From the NCBI GenBank assembly GCA_049976305.1, contig JBMFIM010000014.1, positions 1 to 19,893 on the forward strand: a stretch of 19,893 bases of DNA, read 5' to 3'. The translations under genes were made by a program, and so were the position numbers. Source of the stretch: Candidatus Micrarchaeia archaeon. GTDB lineage: Archaea; Micrarchaeota; Micrarchaeia; Micrarchaeales; CABMGC01. The notes below the pieces were generated by a model that worked only from the letters and a program-made list of their open reading frames with translations, was not told the DNA's origin and ran no database searches. This document shows, piece by piece, positions 16,574 to 19,893 of the stretch (position 1 is the first letter of the stretch; every line of letters begins with the position of its first letter).

Positions 16574-18343
16574 TCAGTATGACTGAAGCCTGTCCCTTAG
16601 CTTGTAGAATGCATTCCAGAGCCATTTAGGCATTCTCTCGCCAAACTGGTTGAAGAAGCCTTCCACTGCATCGAGTTCATCAAGCCACTCCTTCTTGTCT
16701 ACTTTAAGAAGCAAGTCCAATGTTTCCTCGCTTATTTTGCCCTTGTCGAAGCTTGATTTCTCTGGCAAGTAGCCTATAGGGCTCTCTATTGCTTCCACCT
16801 CGCCAGCTACCCTCTTTGTTATCCAGCTTATTACTCGCATGTTTTCTCCGAATCCTGGCCACAGAAACTTGCCGTTAGCATCTTTCCTAAACCAGTTGAC
16901 GTTGAAAAACTTTGGCTTTTTCTCTAGCTTGCTCACAACACTGTGGAAATGGTCAAAGTAATCGGCCATGTTGTAGCTGCAAAATGGGATCATGGCCATT
17001 GGATCGTTTCTTATTACCCCAACTTTGCCTGCTACAGCTGCAGTGGTCTCTGCCCTTAGCATGGCCCCGATAAGTATGCCTTGCTCATAGTCGTATGCCT
17101 CATAAACAAGAGGCATTGTAGTGCTCCTTCTGCCACCAAAAAGTATTGCATGTATTGGCAGGCCCTCATTCGAGCCGTAGGCTTTGGAAAGGAACGGGTA
17201 TTGCTCTATAGGTGTTGTAAACCTTGCATTTGGATGAGTGGCAGGACCTGCAAACTGCCTGTTCCCCTGCCAATCTACCAGCTCCTTAGGCATGGGGGCA
17301 AGGCCTTCCCACCAAGGGGTGTTGTTTTCTAGGTCTAGAGCGACATTGGTGAATATGGTGTTTTTTCTTATGGCCTTAAGCGCATTTGGGTTTGAATGCT
17401 CATCTGTCCCTGGCACGATGCCGAAGAAGCCGTACTCGGGGTTTGTAGCAACAAGCATTCCTTGCGAAACCTCGAACCAGGCAATGTCATCGCTTAGAAG
17501 CCTGACCTGCCAGTCCTTGTAGTCATCAGGTGGGGAGAGCATAGCCAGGTTTGTCTTGCCGCTGCCACTTGGGAAAGCTCCGGTTATGCCGAAGTGCCTT
17601 CCCTGTGGGTCTATGACCTCTATCGCCATCATGTGCTCTATCAGCCTTTCCTTTTCCTTTGACAGATAGCCTTCGATTCTCAGCGCATGGCATTTCTTGC
17701 TAAGCAGTGCGTTGCCACCATATGCAGAGTTAACTGTTATAATTAGCTTTTTGCTCGGGAAATGGGCGATGTACTTGTTGCTTGGATCCAAGGTGCCAGT
17801 AGCTTGCACACCAAATACGAAATCGCCATTGCGTATGCACGCTATAGCCTCTTGGCCTACCTTTGCAATTATCATCTGGCTTATCGCTACGTATTTGCTA
17901 TCGGTAAGCTCCACCCCACACCTGGCAAACCTTGAGCCTGCAGGGCCAAGCAGGTAAGGCAAAACATACATGGTCTTGCCTTTCATTATCCCGCTTAGCA
18001 AAGTCATGAGCCTGTTGAGCATCTCGTCCTCGTCAGCCCAATTGTTTGTAGGCCCGACATCGTCCTTATTTTTCGTACATATGTAGGTATTCTGCTCAGT
18101 CCTAGCCACATCATTTTTGTCGCTGCGGTAGAGATAGCAGTTTGGGTACAGCTCGGGGTTTAGCCTTATGAGCTCGTTGTTTGCTAGCATCTCAGCTACC
18201 AAGCCCTCAAACTCCTCTTTTGTGCCTTTTAGCAACTTTATCTCCTTAGGCTGCATTATGCTAGCGAAACTAGCTACTTTGTCATAAAGCTCCTTGCTAA
18301 TTTCCTTTATTTCCTCTAGCGCGTCCATTGACTCATCTAGCAT
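16574..18343 (-). CDS. pckG: Phosphoenolpyruvate carboxykinase [GTP]; start could be 18349, 18343 or 18328
   Basis: DVARTE, GPTNNW, YGGNALLSKKCHALRI, EHMM, P-loop FPSGSGKTNLAML, DDIAW, NPEYGFFG, HPNARF, FGGRR, DPMAM, NWFRKD and WPGFGEN. Confidence 0.97.
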   Translation of the reverse strand: MLDESMDALEEIKEISKELYDKVASFASIMQPKEIKLLKGTKEEFEGLVAEMLANNELIRLNPELYPNCYLYRSDKNDVARTEQNTYICTKNKDDVGPTNNWADEDEMLNRLMTLLSGIMKGKTMYVLPYLLGPAGSRFARCGVELTDSKYVAISQMIIAKVGQEAIACIRNGDFVFGVQATGTLDPSNKYIAHFPSKKLIITVNSAYGGNALLSKKCHALRIEGYLSKEKERLIEHMMAIEVIDPQGRHFGITGAFPSGSGKTNLAMLSPPDDYKDWQVRLLSDDIAWFEVSQGMLVATNPEYGFFGIVPGTDEHSNPNALKAIRKNTIFTNVALDLENNTPWWEGLAPMPKELVDWQGNRQFAGPATHPNARFTTPIEQYPFLSKAYGSNEGLPIHAILFGGRRSTTMPLVYEAYDYEQGILIGAMLRAETTAAVAGKVGVIRNDPMAMIPFCSYNMADYFDHFHSVVSKLEKKPKFFNVNWFRKDANGKFLWPGFGENMRVISWITKRVAGEVEAIESPIGYLPEKSSFDKGKISEETLDLLLKVDKKEWLDELDAVEGFFNQFGERMPKWLWNAFYKLRDRLQSY

Positions 18344-19538
18344 GCTCATTGCAAAACTCCTCTATTTTTGAAATTGCAAGCGCCATAGTTTCTTTGTCTG
18401 CTAGCGCCACCAGCCTAACGTGGTTTGGAGAGCCGAAGCCCGAGCCCCTTGTTATCTGGACCTGCTTTTCCTCAAGCAGCTTTGTAACAAAATCCTTGTC
18501 ATCTTTCAGATCCAGCAACGATGTCTCAAGCTTTGCAAAAACATAAAATGCGGCGCGTGGAACTACAGCATGCAGGTATTTGCTTTTGTTCACTTCCTGT
18601 GCAGTAAACAAAACCCTGGATTTTATCTCTTCGCGTAGCTGGGCAACTGCTTTTTCATAAGCAGCCACATCGTTCATGGCATATGCCACAGCGTATTGTG
18701 CAGGCGTATTCGCCGATATCCTCAGCCTTGCAAGCTGCACCATGCTGTTGAGAAGTTCATTGCTCATTGCATCGTTTTCAGGCAATGCCGCATAGCCTAT
18801 CCTTATTCCAGTTACGTTGAAAGTTTTGGAAGCGCCGTTGAGAAGAAGATAAGGCAGGCCTTTTGCGACTTGCGATATGCTGGTAAAGTTGCCGTCAAAT
18901 ACCATCTCGTCATAGATCTCGTCGCTTATGAGAAACAGGTCGTTGTCTTTTGCTATTCCCACTATCCCCTCAAGGACCTTCCTGTCAAGCACGCTGCCAG
19001 TAGGATTGTTTGGATTTATGACAAGCAGGTACTTTATTCTTTTTGCCTTTTTCACCGTCTTTTCCAAAACGTCCAAGTCAACAGACCAGTCTCGTTCCTC
19101 AACAGAAGGCACAAACACGGGCTTGCCTCCTGATAAGCCAATGTATGAAACATAGGAAGGGTAATATGGAGAGATGAGCAATGCTCTGTCGCCACGTTCA
19201 ATTAGCACAGTATTGACAAAAGATATAGCTTCGCTGACTCCTTGCGTGACAACTATTCTTGCCGGATCTAAGTCAATGTTGTAATGGCGTTTGTAATAGC
19301 CTGCAACTGCTTCTCTCAGTTCCACTACGCCCTGAGAATCAGCATAGTAGGTCTTTCGTTCCTTGAGTGCACGGGCATACGCCTCTAAAATGTATTCCTG
19401 AGTAGGCAGGAACTTTGGCGGGTCTCCGGAATTAAGCTTTATTACCTTCTTGCCTTCTTTTGCCAATCTTTTTGCAAGATCCTCCTCTTCTCTTATCGGA
19501 CTACCGGCATAAACCATTCTTTTTGAAATGAAGCCCAT
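18333..19538 (-). CDS. PLP-dependent aminotransferase class I/II (alanine/aspartate aminotransferase-like)
   Basis: KLNSGDP, YADSQGVVELREAV, TQGVSEAI, NPNNPTG, SDEIYD, PLP-lysine motif SKTFNVTGIRIG and GSGFG...HVRL. ATG 19538 preferred to GTG 19553. Confidence 0.94.
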   Translation of the reverse strand: MGFISKRMVYAGSPIREEEDLAKRLAKEGKKVIKLNSGDPPKFLPTQEYILEAYARALKERKTYYADSQGVVELREAVAGYYKRHYNIDLDPARIVVTQGVSEAISFVNTVLIERGDRALLISPYYPSYVSYIGLSGGKPVFVPSVEERDWSVDLDVLEKTVKKAKRIKYLLVINPNNPTGSVLDRKVLEGIVGIAKDNDLFLISDEIYDEMVFDGNFTSISQVAKGLPYLLLNGASKTFNVTGIRIGYAALPENDAMSNELLNSMVQLARLRISANTPAQYAVAYAMNDVAAYEKAVAQLREEIKSRVLFTAQEVNKSKYLHAVVPRAAFYVFAKLETSLLDLKDDKDFVTKLLEEKQVQITRGSGFGSPNHVRLVALADKETMALAISKIEEFCNEHAR

Positions 19539-19893
19539 AAAATTATTTTTCACAGTTCAAAATAAATACATTACAATAAGAAGACACGTGGCTCACATCT
19601 ATTGAAAGATGTACAAACCTGTCTCACTTGCAAGCGGGAAAGCGCCTTGGTCGGACTGACGTCGTAGAGATTGACACTCACAGCTTTAAATAAGTAAAGG
19701 AAATAAGAGTGGGTCCTTTGACACACGCTTGTAGAGGTATGCATATTCGTCTGCTGCATTTTTAATACTAATAGTGTAATGCCGTATGCGGCCAATTTAT
19801 GGGCGTGCCCCAGGTGTATGCTTTTGCTTGAGCTGGCTTAATCCATATACCTAATGCTACAACTAGTGCCTAATTTTATTTGCTGGGCTACGT

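Noticed and set aside
2906..19155. Remaining overlapping ORFs in the six-frame track (e.g. 2906-3475, 6385-7002, 7009-7365, 15929-16366, 18696-19133)
   Set aside because: All overlap well-supported genes in the antisense or an alternate frame and have no motifs.
19620..19680. GC-richer patch with GCGGGAAAGCGC as a tRNA or structured RNA
   Set aside because: No cloverleaf, no T-loop GTTCRA, and no extended stem found by eye.
19571..19795. 74-aa minus-strand ORF
   Set aside because: TTG start without an RBS, atypical composition and no motif, so it is not supportable as a gene.

Overview
Archaeal chromosomal window, most likely Micrarchaeota (DPANN), inferred from a three-unit ARMAN-type tRNA splicing endonuclease, archaeal RadA and Dph5, BRE/TATA promoters and GGTGA-type ribosome binding sites. 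The core blocks are rad50-mre11, hisS-hypothetical-radA-dph5, a UPF0104/LPG-synthase-like membrane protein, a SerB-like HAD phosphatase, endA, a PRC-barrel protein, and a minus-strand cluster of aminotransferase, GTP-PEPCK and malic enzyme. Two regions are not explained by housekeeping. (1) At 1-680, a 59-bp direct repeat (37 bp perfect) brackets an AT-rich orphan ORF. Each copy reads on the minus strand as a palindrome, BRE, TATA, RBS and ATG-GAA-GG module. (2) At 11217-15207, a DUF1599/Nmad1-like protein is followed by an AT-rich pair: an orphan 311-aa protein and an 824-aa UvrD/AddB-like protein whose helicase motifs are all degenerate but whose C-terminal PD-(D/E)XK nuclease is intact. This is a candidate undescribed defence or DNA-processing module. 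No rRNA, tRNA, CRISPR array, integrase or transposase was seen. All family calls come from motif recognition by eye, with no database search.
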